NCBI GenBank assembly: GCA_029288895.1
Contig: JARIGK010000004.1
Span: forward strand, 77,621 to 141,620
Length of the DNA: 64,000 nt
Reading direction: 5' to 3'
Origin: Candidatus Adlerbacteria bacterium
Lineage (GTDB): Bacteria; Patescibacteriota; Minisyncoccia; Phycocordibacterales; SBAW01
Made by a program: the position numbers and the translations under genes. The notes under the pieces are model-generated. The model worked only from the letters and a program-made list of their open reading frames with translations, was not told where the DNA came from and searched no databases. Numbering within the stretch: the stretch's first letter is position 1; each line of letters opens with the position of its first letter. Positions 38,404 through 46,971 of the stretch are shown here, one piece after another.

Positions 38404-39252
38404 ATGAAATCCTATAAGCCATACACAAAATCGCGCCGCCACATGACCGGCATCAACTTCCGCGAGAAGTTGTCGGGCCATGCGCCGCACAAGGCACTCG
38501 TCTCGGGTGGCAAGCGCTCTGTGGGCCGCAACAACGCAGGCCGCATTTCGGTGCGCCACAAGGGCGGTGGCCACAAGCGCCTCTTCCGCGACGTCGACTT
38601 TACCTACAAGAAGATGGTTCCGGCAGTTGTTGAAACTGTCGAGTACGATCCGAACCGCTCGGGCTTTATCGGCCTCGTGCTCTACAAGGACGGCGAGCGC
38701 CGCTACATCCTCCTCCCTCGCACGGCGAAGGTTGGCGACACTGTCATGACCGGCGAAAACGTCCCAGCAGTACCAGGCAACCGCATGCCTCTCAAGTCGA
38801 TGCCAATTGGCGCGTTTGTTTACAACGTCGAAATCAAGCCGGGCAACGGCGGCAAACTTGGCCGCTCGGCAGGTACCTACATCGAACTTATCGCGCGCGA
38901 CGCAGGCTATGCGGACTTGAAGATGCCGTCATCAGAAGTCCGCAAAGTTCTCGAAACCTGCTACGCAACCTTGGGCGAAGTCTCGAACGACGAACACCAC
39001 TTGGTGAAGATTGGTAAGGCCGGCCGCTCCCGCTGGAAGGGTATCCGCCCTACAGTCCGCGGTACCGCGATGAACCCAGTAGACCACCCGCACGGCGGCG
39101 GTGAAGGCCGCCAGGGCCGAGGTTTGCGCCGCGCAAAGTCTGCGTGGGGTAAACCAACAGGCAAGGGCCAGAAGACCCGCACGCCGAAGAAGTACTCAAA
39201 CTATCTCATAGTGTCTCGCCGCAAAGTCGGCAAGCGCTCACAGCAAGCCTAA
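38404..39252 (+). CDS. rplB: 50S ribosomal protein L2
   Basis: GRNNAG, EYDPNRS, RGTAMNPVDHPHGGGEG. Confidence 0.99.
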   Translation: MKSYKPYTKSRRHMTGINFREKLSGHAPHKALVSGGKRSVGRNNAGRISVRHKGGGHKRLFRDVDFTYKKMVPAVVETVEYDPNRSGFIGLVLYKDGERRYILLPRTAKVGDTVMTGENVPAVPGNRMPLKSMPIGAFVYNVEIKPGNGGKLGRSAGTYIELIARDAGYADLKMPSSEVRKVLETCYATLGEVSNDEHHLVKIGKAGRSRWKGIRPTVRGTAMNPVDHPHGGGEGRQGRGLRRAKSAWGKPTGKGQKTRTPKKYSNYLIVSRRKVGKRSQQA

Positions 39253-39255
39253 TAT

Positions 39256-39295
39256 CAAAAAGAAAAATCCCCGCCCTAAGGCGGGGATTGTCGTT
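39256..39295. repeat. Terminator-hairpin direct repeat A, copy 1
   Basis: CAAAAAGAAAAATCCCCGCC-CTAA-GGCGGGGATTGTCGTT. Confidence 0.85.
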
Positions 39296-39339
39296 GTTGT
39301 GTCGCGTGGTAGTATCGATGCGGACAAGGAGGCTTACTA

Positions 39340-39684
39340 ATGCCAATTAAATTTCTGATTGTCGCAGGCGCTACACTGCTCTTGGGCAGCTGGATTTTCT
39401 CATCGTATCGGTGGCACAATCGTTATGATCAGCTTCGAAGTCTCATGAAGTTCAACATAGGCGACCGAGTCGTTAGGATGGGGCGCGTAGACATACACAG
39501 CCCCATCGATTACACGATGGACCCGTACCTTCCGACCCGTATGGGGCAGTGTATCGATATTGCTGTGCGAAGAGCCACTGGCACGGTAGAGAAATTCAAT
39601 ATCGTGCGCTGTTCTTCCTTGTGGGACGGCGGTCCCTTCCGGAACATGACTTCGGAGGACTATCATCGACGTGTTGTGTGCTAA
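39340..39684 (+). CDS. Orphan membrane-anchored protein flanked by direct repeats
   Basis: AAGGAGG SD, N-term TM, own terminator AAAGCCC/GGGCTTTTTCTTTTT. Confidence 0.7.
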   Translation: MPIKFLIVAGATLLLGSWIFSSYRWHNRYDQLRSLMKFNIGDRVVRMGRVDIHSPIDYTMDPYLPTRMGQCIDIAVRRATGTVEKFNIVRCSSLWDGGPFRNMTSEDYHRRVVC

Positions 39685-39710
39685 AGCCCGTAGAGGGCTT
39701 TTTCTTTTTC

Positions 39711-39748
39711 CAAAAATAAATCCCCGCCGAAAGGCGGGGATTGTCGTT
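39711..39748. repeat. Terminator-hairpin direct repeat A, copy 2
   Basis: CAAAAATAAATCCCCGCC-GAAA-GGCGGGGATTGTCGTT. Confidence 0.85.
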
Positions 39749-39953
39749 AGATGCCCAAGTAATGGTTTTCGCAAAAACCTTCGTTCTCGGGAAGCTGCTT
39801 TGCAGCAATTCCTTGAATGTAGGCTTGGACGACTTCCGGCGCTGGCATATCCATGCCCCTCATGCGTGGAAACACGAGGTCGACACCTGCGTCCAGGGCA
39901 TCGACGCGCTCTTTTGCAGTGGCTTTTGAAAGTTCGACTTCACGATCGCCCAT
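39747..39953 (-). CDS. Small orphan protein (68 aa)
   Basis: AGGAGGA SD; ends at terminator repeat. Confidence 0.6.
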   Translation of the reverse strand: MGDREVELSKATAKERVDALDAGVDLVFPRMRGMDMPAPEVVQAYIQGIAAKQLPENEGFCENHYLGI

Positions 39954-39964
39954 CAGTTCCTCCT

Positions 39965-40039
39965 CTAAAGCTTTTTCTTCTTCTTGGCCTTCTTGAGAAG
40001 CTTTTTCGTGTTTTGGACAGCCCGTTCAACACTGTTCAT
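39965..40039 (-). CDS. Putative 24-aa Lys-rich peptide
   Basis: GAGGGAGGG SD; MNSVERAVQNTKKLLKKAKKKKKL; stop overlaps SD of next ORF. Confidence 0.4.
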   Translation of the reverse strand: MNSVERAVQNTKKLLKKAKKKKKL

Positions 40040-40089
40040 AACACCCTCCCTCTGGTAAAGCCAATGTCCGAGATAAGAATACACCATAT

Positions 40090-40118
40090 TTGACTATTCC
40101 TGGGGCATCAAGTAGTAT
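40090..40118 (+). promoter_or_regulatory. rpsS promoter TTGACT-N17-TAGTAT
   Basis: Consensus-like boxes 100 nt upstream of rpsS. Confidence 0.6.
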
Positions 40119-40220
40119 CTGTGTACTTCCGTGCCGCAAGGTCTAGCCGCTCGCTGGCTACGACGGGCAGGGAATTTAATTTTGGCAAAGTCTGCGTTAG
40201 CAGACGTCAAATATACAAGA

Positions 40221-40571
40221 ATGGCACGATCGCTTAAAAAAGGCCCATACGTAGACGAAAAGCTTCTCAAGAAGATTGAGGGCAAGAAACCCCAGACAAC
40301 CGGGGTTATTAATACATGGGCACGCCGCAGCCAGATTGCCCCTGAAATGGTGGGCTTTAAGTTTGGCGTCCACAACGGCAAAACGCATATTGAAGTGTTG
40401 GTCAACGAAGACATGGTAGGCCACCGCTTGGGCGAATTCTCACCAACCAAGAAGTTCCTCCGCCACGGCGGTAAGATGCAGAAGGAAATGGAAGCAAAGG
40501 CTAAGGAGTCTGAAATTGCATCTGCACAGGCTGCAAAGGCTGCTGGCGACGCTAAGGATAAGAAGAAATAA
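40221..40571 (+). CDS. rpsS: 30S ribosomal protein S19
   Basis: [24 protein letters not shown]. Confidence 0.98.
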   Translation: MARSLKKGPYVDEKLLKKIEGKKPQTTGVINTWARRSQIAPEMVGFKFGVHNGKTHIEVLVNEDMVGHRLGEFSPTKKFLRHGGKMQKEMEAKAKESEIASAQAAKAAGDAKDKKK

Positions 40572-40577
40572 AATTAT

Positions 40578-40970
40578 ATGGCAGGCTCAACCGCACAACT
40601 GAAGAACTACCGCCAGTCGCCCCGCAAGGTGCGCTTGGTTGCAGACCTCGTCCGCGGTAAGCGCGCAGACCGCGCATTGGCCCAGCTTTCGATGTTGCCA
40701 AAACGCGCATCAGACCCAGTTGCGAAGTTGATCAAATCAGCTGTCGCAAACGCAGGTGCAGGCGCTGAAGGCCTCGTCGTTTCCAAGATCGAAGTCAACG
40801 GCGGTATTGTATTTAAACGCTTTATGCCCCGCGCACGCGGCCGCGCATCGGCTATCCGCAAAAAGACAAGCATCATCACTCTGACCCTCTCGGCTATTGA
40901 GCCAAAAGCTAAGGCACCGAAGAAGGCAGCAGCAAAAGCACCTAAGGCAGCAGAAGAAACCCAAAACTAA
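40578..40970 (+). CDS. rplV: 50S ribosomal protein L22
   Basis: SPRKVRLVADLVRG, PRARGRA. Confidence 0.98.
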   Translation: MAGSTAQLKNYRQSPRKVRLVADLVRGKRADRALAQLSMLPKRASDPVAKLIKSAVANAGAGAEGLVVSKIEVNGGIVFKRFMPRARGRASAIRKKTSIITLTLSAIEPKAKAPKKAAAKAPKAAEETQN

Positions 40971-40971
40971 T

Positions 40972-41640
40972 ATGTCGAAAGTAGTTAATCCATTTGCACA
41001 CCGTTTGGGCATCATCCATGACTGGCGTCATCGCTGGTTTGCGACGGGCCCGAAATTCCAAGAATATTTGAAGGCGGATATTTTGCTGCGCCAGTTCTTG
41101 CAGAAGGAGCTCCGCGGTATGTACGTTGGCGGTATTGAATTTGAACGCAACGACAAGACCCTCCGCATTAAGATCGCAACCTCACGCCCAGGCATCATCA
41201 TTGGCCGCTCGGGCGAAGGCTCTATCAAGCTCAAGAACAAGATTGTCGCCTTTTTGAACGACAAGAAGCTTACGGCGCCGGAAATCAAACTCGATATCGA
41301 AGAAGTTCGCTCGCCAGAATCAAACGCTGCCATCGTGGCCTACATGATCGCAGAAGGGTTGGAGAAGCGCCTCCCATTCCGTCGCGTCTTGAAGCAGACG
41401 GTTGAAAAGGTCATGGCTAACCGCGACGTAAAGGGTGTTCGTATCGCCTTGGGCGGCATGCTCGGCGGCGGTTCGATGTCCCGCACTGAAGAATTGAAGA
41501 AGGGCCGCGTTCCGTTGCAGACTTTCCGTTCGAACATCGACTACGCAAAGGAGCGCGCAAACTTGCCACTTGGCGTGATCGGCATCAAAGTCTGGATCTA
41601 CAAAGGCGAAGTCTTCGGAGACGAGAAGGGCGACAAATAA
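40972..41640 (+). CDS. rpsC: 30S ribosomal protein S3
   Basis: RPGIIIGR, GRVPLQTFRSNIDY, GVIGIKVWIYKG. Confidence 0.98.
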   Translation: MSKVVNPFAHRLGIIHDWRHRWFATGPKFQEYLKADILLRQFLQKELRGMYVGGIEFERNDKTLRIKIATSRPGIIIGRSGEGSIKLKNKIVAFLNDKKLTAPEIKLDIEEVRSPESNAAIVAYMIAEGLEKRLPFRRVLKQTVEKVMANRDVKGVRIALGGMLGGGSMSRTEELKKGRVPLQTFRSNIDYAKERANLPLGVIGIKVWIYKGEVFGDEKGDK

Positions 41641-41646
41641 ACTACC

Positions 41647-42069
41647 ATGCTTTTCCCTAAGAAAGTAAAATTCCGCAAGTCACACACGATGCGCCGCAAC
41701 GTAAAGCGCGCAATGGTCGCGTCGCGTGGTGCAACGTTGGCATTCGGCTCACACGGCCTCAAGGCTGTGACCCATGCCCGCGTCCGCTCAAACCAGATCG
41801 AATCTGCTCGTAAGGTTATCGCCCGCTCGCTCGGCAAGACCGGCAAGAGCTGGATCCGCATCTTCCCTGACAAGCCATACACCAAGAAACCGCCGGAAGT
41901 GAAGCTCGGTAAGGGTAAGGGTGACTTGGAAGGTTACGAAGTCGAAGTCTGGCCAGGCCGCATCCTCTTTGAAGTAGACGGCGTCGACGCAAAGTTGGCA
42001 TCGACCGCGCTCATCAGCGCTTCGAAGAAGCTCCCGCTCAAAGCAAAGGTCGTGTCCCGCACCCACTAA
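41647..42069 (+). CDS. rplP: 50S ribosomal protein L16
   Basis: QIESAR, WIRIFPDKP, GKGKG. Confidence 0.98.
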   Translation: MLFPKKVKFRKSHTMRRNVKRAMVASRGATLAFGSHGLKAVTHARVRSNQIESARKVIARSLGKTGKSWIRIFPDKPYTKKPPEVKLGKGKGDLEGYEVEVWPGRILFEVDGVDAKLASTALISASKKLPLKAKVVSRTH

Positions 42070-42075
42070 ACGTAT

Positions 42076-42273
42076 ATGGCAAAGAAAGTATCACTCAAAA
42101 ACAATAGCGTTGAAGATTTGAACCGCCTCGTGGCAGAGAAGCGAGAAGAGCTCCGCTCCTTGCGCTTTTCGGTCGCAGGTAGTAAAAATCGAAATGTGAA
42201 GTTGGCTCGCAAGCTCCGCAAGGAGGTCGCACGCAGCCTGACTGAGCTTAATGCCCGCGCAAAGAATGCATAA
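42076..42273 (+). CDS. rpmC: 50S ribosomal protein L29
   Basis: EELRSLRF...LRKEVARSLT; synteny. Confidence 0.93.
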   Translation: MAKKVSLKNNSVEDLNRLVAEKREELRSLRFSVAGSKNRNVKLARKLRKEVARSLTELNARAKNA

Positions 42274-42274
42274 T

Positions 42275-42520
42275 ATGGAAACCAAAACCGTACATAAGAA
42301 AACTCTCCGCGGCGTCGTCGTCTCGGACAAAATGCAGGACACTGCAGTGGTTTCCGTGCAGCGCTACGTAAAGCACCCGAAGTACAAGAAGTACATCAAG
42401 TTGAACAAGAAGTACCACGTCCACAACCCTGGCAATAAGGCAAAGATGGGGGAGAAGGTTACTATCCGTTCGACCCGTCCTCTTTCCAAGACCAAATCGT
42501 TCGAGATCGTTTCCGAATAA
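42275..42520 (+). CDS. rpsQ: 30S ribosomal protein S17
   Basis: GVVVSDKMQDT, HPKYKK, TRPLSKTK. Confidence 0.97.
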   Translation: METKTVHKKTLRGVVVSDKMQDTAVVSVQRYVKHPKYKKYIKLNKKYHVHNPGNKAKMGEKVTIRSTRPLSKTKSFEIVSE

Positions 42521-42526
42521 ACTTAT

Positions 42527-42907
42527 ATGATCCAAGACCGCTCACTCGTTGTTGTTGCAGATAATTCCGGCGCCAAGATTGGCCGCATTTTCAAGATTCC
42601 TGGCTCGTCCAAGAAGCGCTATGCGGAAATCGGCGAAATCGTCGTGCTCTCGGTACAGACCGCAGAGCCTCGCAAGGCTGTAAAGAAAAAGGATGTCTTG
42701 AAGGCTGTTGTCGTACGCCAGAAGAAGCCATTCCGCCGCAAAGACGGTAGCTACATCCGCTTCGATGAAAATGCAGTCGTCATCATCGAAGGTACTGGCA
42801 AGAGCCCGCAGGAGCCAAAGGCAGGCCGCATCTTCGGCCCTATCCCTCGCGAATTGCAGGAGCTTGGCTACCAGACCATTATTTCTCGCGCACCTGAAGT
42901 CGTGTAA
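42527..42907 (+). CDS. rplN: 50S ribosomal protein L14
   Basis: VADNSGAK, RFDENAVV, RIFGPI. Confidence 0.98.
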   Translation: MIQDRSLVVVADNSGAKIGRIFKIPGSSKKRYAEIGEIVVLSVQTAEPRKAVKKKDVLKAVVVRQKKPFRRKDGSYIRFDENAVVIIEGTGKSPQEPKAGRIFGPIPRELQELGYQTIISRAPEVV

Positions 42908-42920
42908 TTTTTGAATTTTT

Positions 42921-43148
42921 ATGAACACACTTCACATCAAAAAGGGAGATACGGTTGTTGTATTGTCGGGTAACGACCGCGGTAAGTCGGGCAAAGTCAC
43001 TGCCGTCTTCCCAAAGACCAACAAAGTCGTCGTCGAAGGCATCGGTATGCACAAAAAGCACCAGAAGCCTCGCCGCGAAGGCCAGAGCGGCCAGATTGTC
43101 GACAAACAGCATGCGATCCACGCAAGCAATGTAGCGAAGAAGAAGTAA
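42921..43148 (+). CDS. rplX: 50S ribosomal protein L24 (short)
   Basis: IKKGDTVVVLSG.DRGK.G, IHASNV. Confidence 0.96.
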   Translation: MNTLHIKKGDTVVVLSGNDRGKSGKVTAVFPKTNKVVVEGIGMHKKHQKPRREGQSGQIVDKQHAIHASNVAKKK

Positions 43149-43157
43149 ACCACCACC

Positions 43158-43694
43158 ATGCCTAAACTCGTTAAAGAACAGCAGAAGAGTGCGTACGCAG
43201 ACCTCAAAGGTAATTTTGGGTGGACTGGCGTCATGCAAACCCCGAAGGTGGAGAAGGTTGTTATCTCTGTCGGTACTGGCTCGACCAAAGACAAGAACAA
43301 GATCAAGTTGATCGAAGGCCGTTTGGCTACCATCACTGGCCAGAAGCCGGCATACCGCATCACCAAGAAGGCAATTGCGACCTACAAGACTCGCGTTGGC
43401 GACAAAGTTGGCTATCAGGTTACGCTTCGCGGCAAGCGCGCAGAAGACTTCTTGAACCGCCTCCTCCACGTTGCGCTTCCTCGTACGAAAGACTTTAAGG
43501 GCATCCCAGGCAATTCTATCGATGACATGGGCAACTACACGCTCGGTATCAAAGAACACACCGTCTTCCCAGAAACAGCAGACGAAGAATTGAAGGACGT
43601 CTTCGGTATGGCAATCACTGTCGTCACTACTGCAAAGACTAAAGACGAAGCAAAAGCCTACCTCACACACTTGGGCTTCCCATTCAAAAAGTAA
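43158..43694 (+). CDS. rplE: 50S ribosomal protein L5
   Basis: ITGQKP, VTLRG, LPRTKDF.G, GNYTLG. Confidence 0.98.
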   Translation: MPKLVKEQQKSAYADLKGNFGWTGVMQTPKVEKVVISVGTGSTKDKNKIKLIEGRLATITGQKPAYRITKKAIATYKTRVGDKVGYQVTLRGKRAEDFLNRLLHVALPRTKDFKGIPGNSIDDMGNYTLGIKEHTVFPETADEELKDVFGMAITVVTTAKTKDEAKAYLTHLGFPFKK

Positions 43695-43710
43695 TTTTCT
43701 TACTCCTCGA

Positions 43711-43747
43711 AAAAGCGACCTCCTCACCGAGGTCGCTTTTTCTTTTG
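43711..43747 (+). repeat. Terminator-hairpin repeat B, copy 1 (after rplE)
   Basis: AAAAGCGACCTC-CTCACC-GAGGTCGCTTTTTCTTTTG. Confidence 0.85.
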
Positions 43748-43788
43748 GGATTGTGTATGGTTTTGAAAGTTTTACGAGAGGTGTTTAT

Positions 43789-44025
43789 ATGCCTGATGGT
43801 TCGTTGCCAGAAGTACCACCGCCTGGGAAAAAGAGATACAGGATGGTGTGTCGGGACCGTGGGGTCAATCCTTTCAAGAGTCGATCCTTTGAAATGGACA
43901 GACCCCTACAGAGACACACCAAGACTGTCGATGTGGATGAACATATCCCATTTGAGCAGGTCGAGAAGTGGGCTCGCGAAGAACAAGGGCCCTACGAGTT
44001 TCTCAAGCTTGAAGTGGTGAGTTGA
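43789..44025 (+). CDS. Orphan cassette ORF A (78 aa)
   Basis: GAGAGG SD, MPDGSL...; between repeat B copies. Confidence 0.6.
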   Translation: MPDGSLPEVPPPGKKRYRMVCRDRGVNPFKSRSFEMDRPLQRHTKTVDVDEHIPFEQVEKWAREEQGPYEFLKLEVVS

Positions 44026-44034
44026 ATATTGCAA

Positions 44035-44064
44035 GGCGATCCATTCGGGTCGCTTTTTCTTTTG
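44035..44064 (+). repeat. Terminator-hairpin repeat B, copy 2
   Basis: GGCGATCC-ATTC-GGGTCGCTTTTTCTTTTG. Confidence 0.85.
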
Positions 44065-44137
44065 GGGTAGGGTAAGGTGGCGGCAGGCAGCGTATCGCCT
44101 GTGTTCCTTTCAACCATCAACTAAAGGGATATCTGTC

Positions 44138-44677
44138 ATGACTGCCAATACGGCACGAAACGACGGTAATAAAAAGAAGTCTAAACAAAGGCTCTCGGCT
44201 GAACAGACTGGCGTCCTCCAACAGAGGCTCCAGGATGTTATCCGCCGCGTCGAGGAGGGGAAACTTTCTTTTGACGTTGTGGCGCAATCGCTTCAGCGTA
44301 TCTCGGAAGAGACATTCATCTCTCACTACAAAGACAAAAAGCCGAAGGAGACGTGGGAGATTTTCACACGTCCGCCTCTGGCCGAGCGGAGAAAGTCGTT
44401 GTCGCCTTATGGCATGACGCTTCCGCACAAGGTCAAACGTCTTGAGTTTCCGGAACGGAATCCCGAGCGGATAATGATGGAGCTTTGGGAAAAGGAGAAT
44501 ATCCCGAAACCTCAAATAAATCACGGTCGTGTACCGGTCAACGCCATCCTTAACGCCGTTGAACTGCTGCCCCAGGATGTGCAGATTGTGGCCGCGACCG
44601 TCCAATGGTTTGGGACAAATATTGGTATGTCCTACCTTGGCGAATTTTCCCGAGCGGCAGAATTGCGGGGTTTCTAA
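44138..44677 (+). CDS. Orphan cassette ORF B (179 aa)
   Basis: AAGGGA SD; between repeat B copies. Confidence 0.7.
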   Translation: MTANTARNDGNKKKSKQRLSAEQTGVLQQRLQDVIRRVEEGKLSFDVVAQSLQRISEETFISHYKDKKPKETWEIFTRPPLAERRKSLSPYGMTLPHKVKRLEFPERNPERIMMELWEKENIPKPQINHGRVPVNAILNAVELLPQDVQIVAATVQWFGTNIGMSYLGEFSRAAELRGF

Positions 44678-44690
44678 AACAATGTACATT

Positions 44691-44720
44691 GGCGACCCAT
44701 TCGGGTCGCTTTTTCTTTTG
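44691..44720 (+). repeat. Terminator-hairpin repeat B, copy 3
   Basis: GGCGACCC-ATTC-GGGTCGCTTTTTCTTTTG (29/30 identical to copy 2). Confidence 0.88.
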
Positions 44721-44779
44721 ATGACAAGGATGGTTAGATGGTTTATGCTCGTGCCAGGCACATTTTGGAGGAATAGAAC

Positions 44780-45295
44780 ATGCCGGAGAAGAGAATTCTG
44801 CAGTTGGTCGGCTCATGCGGCGAATGCCCGCGCTATCAGTATTACAGTGGCGGAACGAGTAAGTGCATCGAAGTCGACCAGATTGTTCGCGACAAGCATG
44901 TCGTTGCGCCGTTCTGCCCGCTGGCGCCGTATCCTGCGGACATTATTGCCGATCAGGCCGAGACAATTCGGGTCATGCGGGAAGGGAACGATACGCTGTT
45001 CGTCTTCCTTCTTCTGGAGCGCATTGGCAAAAAGCTTAATGCAATCCGCAAGGATGGGACTATGGTGCTCGAAATTCCGCTGAAGGAAGAAGGCAAAACT
45101 GTTTGCCTCGATCTCCACTATGTGGACGAGGAAAGGAGTCGGCTATTTCCTCGCCCAGAAATTCGCTTCAAGTATCAGGACTCGTGGTACATCCTGGACA
45201 TCGAGGCGAAGCCGCCGATTCTCAAAAAGGTGGTTAGACATCCGGGCGGCAGCGAAGCTGGAGAATTGTACGAGTCTGTCCCGCTGGCAGTCTGA
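44780..45295 (+). CDS. Orphan cassette ORF C (171 aa, N-term CxxC...C...CP)
   Basis: GGAGGA SD; between repeat B copies. Confidence 0.7.
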   Translation: MPEKRILQLVGSCGECPRYQYYSGGTSKCIEVDQIVRDKHVVAPFCPLAPYPADIIADQAETIRVMREGNDTLFVFLLLERIGKKLNAIRKDGTMVLEIPLKEEGKTVCLDLHYVDEERSRLFPRPEIRFKYQDSWYILDIEAKPPILKKVVRHPGGSEAGELYESVPLAV

Positions 45296-45300
45296 CAAAC

Positions 45301-45333
45301 AAGCGACCTTTGAGAGGGTCGCTTTTTCTTTTG
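45301..45333 (+). repeat. Terminator-hairpin repeat B, copy 4; tail overlaps TTGACA -35
   Basis: AAGCGACCTT-TGAG-AGGGTCGCTTTTTCTTTTG(ACA), TAGTAT 16 nt downstream. Confidence 0.85.
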
Positions 45334-45389
45334 ACAAAACGTGCACTGCAAGTAGTATGTGCAGCGGATTCACAAAACAGGAGAAGCTC

Positions 45390-46022
45390 ATGCTGAGCGT
45401 AGAACAAAGGTTTCTTGGTGCCTACAAGGGCGCACTTTTAGAAGCCATCATGCAAGAGGATTCGAAATTCGTACTGGATGCCAAGATCGAATCGCTGTAT
45501 GACTGGCTCAATCTGATGAATTGGGGCAATGTTGAAACTTGCCGCGAGACAGCCTCGCTCATCGAGTTGCCCATTTTATTTTCGTTCCGGTTCCAGCGTA
45601 ACCCTGCGGCGCGTATACGCTTCACTCGGCATCAATTCCGTGATTGCTCGACGGAAGTGCAGCGTGATGCGCACGATTTAGCACTGTTGCGCAGTGCCTA
45701 TCTCGCTGAGTTGCTCTATGGAAAGGGTGAAGAGGAGGCGGTCAGCTTCGTTCTCCGTCAATACGATACGGACTTCCTTTTTACCCGCTCCATCAAGGAG
45801 CTGGAAGAGCGCGCTCCATTACTCGACCTTTCGGGGTTAAAAACACCTCGTACTTGCAAACTGTACATAGAAACGAAGATGTTCAGTGGCGCGTGTTATG
45901 GAGCTGTGCACGGACCCGACTACCTGCATCTTGCCCGGTGGCAAGAAGGCCGCATCGAACACAACCCTTTAGTGAAAGAGGTTGGCCTGAGGCTTTTCAG
46001 GGAAGCGTACGGATACACATAG
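45390..46022 (+). CDS. Orphan cassette ORF D (210 aa)
   Basis: AGGAG SD before MLSVEQRF. Confidence 0.7.
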   Translation: MLSVEQRFLGAYKGALLEAIMQEDSKFVLDAKIESLYDWLNLMNWGNVETCRETASLIELPILFSFRFQRNPAARIRFTRHQFRDCSTEVQRDAHDLALLRSAYLAELLYGKGEEEAVSFVLRQYDTDFLFTRSIKELEERAPLLDLSGLKTPRTCKLYIETKMFSGACYGAVHGPDYLHLARWQEGRIEHNPLVKEVGLRLFREAYGYT

Positions 46023-46030
46023 CAGTTCTT

Positions 46031-46062
46031 AAGCGACCCACCCGGGCCGCTTTTTTCTTTTT
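46031..46062 (+). repeat. Terminator-hairpin repeat B, copy 5 (degenerate)
   Basis: AAGCGACCC-ACCC-GGGCCGCTTTTTTCTTTTT. Confidence 0.75.
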
Positions 46063-46216
46063 ATAAAATATGGGGCTGGTGGTAGGGGATTATTGATATT
46101 TTTGAAAAATGTGTTAAAAAAGCTGCAGCTGATGGTAGTGGCATTCCGCCATATCCACTGACAGCTCTTTGTCGTCCAGCCTACCCTGTGCCAATGACGG
46201 GGATGGTTATAGCGCA

Positions 46217-46891
46217 ATGGAGAAACTAATGCGTGCTGTGTCTCGTGACCAAGCGACTAATCTTATTGGGCGTATTGCAACGACTATAAATTTTGGACCT
46301 CTGGATTCCCAATTCGTCCAAAAGGCAATCATCGAAGGCCTCGACGACGAGGAATTCGGTGACAACGTCACCAGCTTTCTCAAGAATGGGGCCAAAAGAG
46401 TCATCGCCCTTCCGAAATCTCTGGACATCAACCATCATCTACGTCCGGAAAACGTAGACCAGGTGTCGCAACTCTGGAAAGGTCCGTTTCCGAGCGATGG
46501 GACTCGAGGTAATGTAGTGGACCACCTTCCAGACTTGCAATCCCTGGAATTTTCCAGAGTTGCCTTTAGTCGTCCAAAAGGGAGCCAGCTCGCTGCTGGT
46601 CATATCTACCAGGAATTAGTGGGGCAAGTGCCGCTCCTTGGCTTTCGGGTAGGGATGGCGCTTATGCGGGACTATAAAGAGCGTGGCAAAGATTCTGCGC
46701 TTGAGTGGTATCGTGCTACCTACGACATTCGGGACATGACATTCATGGGCACAGTCCTGCGCCGACCAAGTGACGGGTACCCATTCTTTTATGGCCTGCA
46801 GCATATAAATAGTGTGTGGGATTGGGGTTCCGTGGGGCTTTGGGATCTCACGTTTTCGGAGCAGGAGGCTATACCTATTTACGTCCCCTAG
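46217..46891 (+). CDS. Orphan cassette ORF E (about 224 aa)
   Basis: Long ORF; aromatic-rich C-term FMGTVLR..DG...L....WDWG..GL; followed by terminator. Confidence 0.7.
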   Translation: MEKLMRAVSRDQATNLIGRIATTINFGPLDSQFVQKAIIEGLDDEEFGDNVTSFLKNGAKRVIALPKSLDINHHLRPENVDQVSQLWKGPFPSDGTRGNVVDHLPDLQSLEFSRVAFSRPKGSQLAAGHIYQELVGQVPLLGFRVGMALMRDYKERGKDSALEWYRATYDIRDMTFMGTVLRRPSDGYPFFYGLQHINSVWDWGSVGLWDLTFSEQEAIPIYVP

Positions 46892-46907
46892 AGCTGGGGT
46901 TTGTTCG

Positions 46908-46940
46908 GGCCCGCGGTAAAACGCGGGCCTTTTTTCTTTG
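46908..46940 (+). terminator. Terminator closing the cassette cluster
   Basis: GGCCCGCG/CGCGGGCC plus TTTTTTCTTTG. Confidence 0.8.
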
Positions 46941-46942
46941 GT

Positions 46943-46971
46943 TTGACTTATAGGGTGGGGTCGAGTATATT
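46943..46971 (+). promoter_or_regulatory. rpsN promoter TTGACT-N17-TATATT
   Basis: Consensus-like boxes upstream of structured leader. Confidence 0.65.

Noticed and set aside
46217-46891. Possible DGR target protein (aromatic-rich C-terminus)
   Set aside because: No template repeat or reverse transcriptase visible in the window; fold assignment cannot be supported by eye
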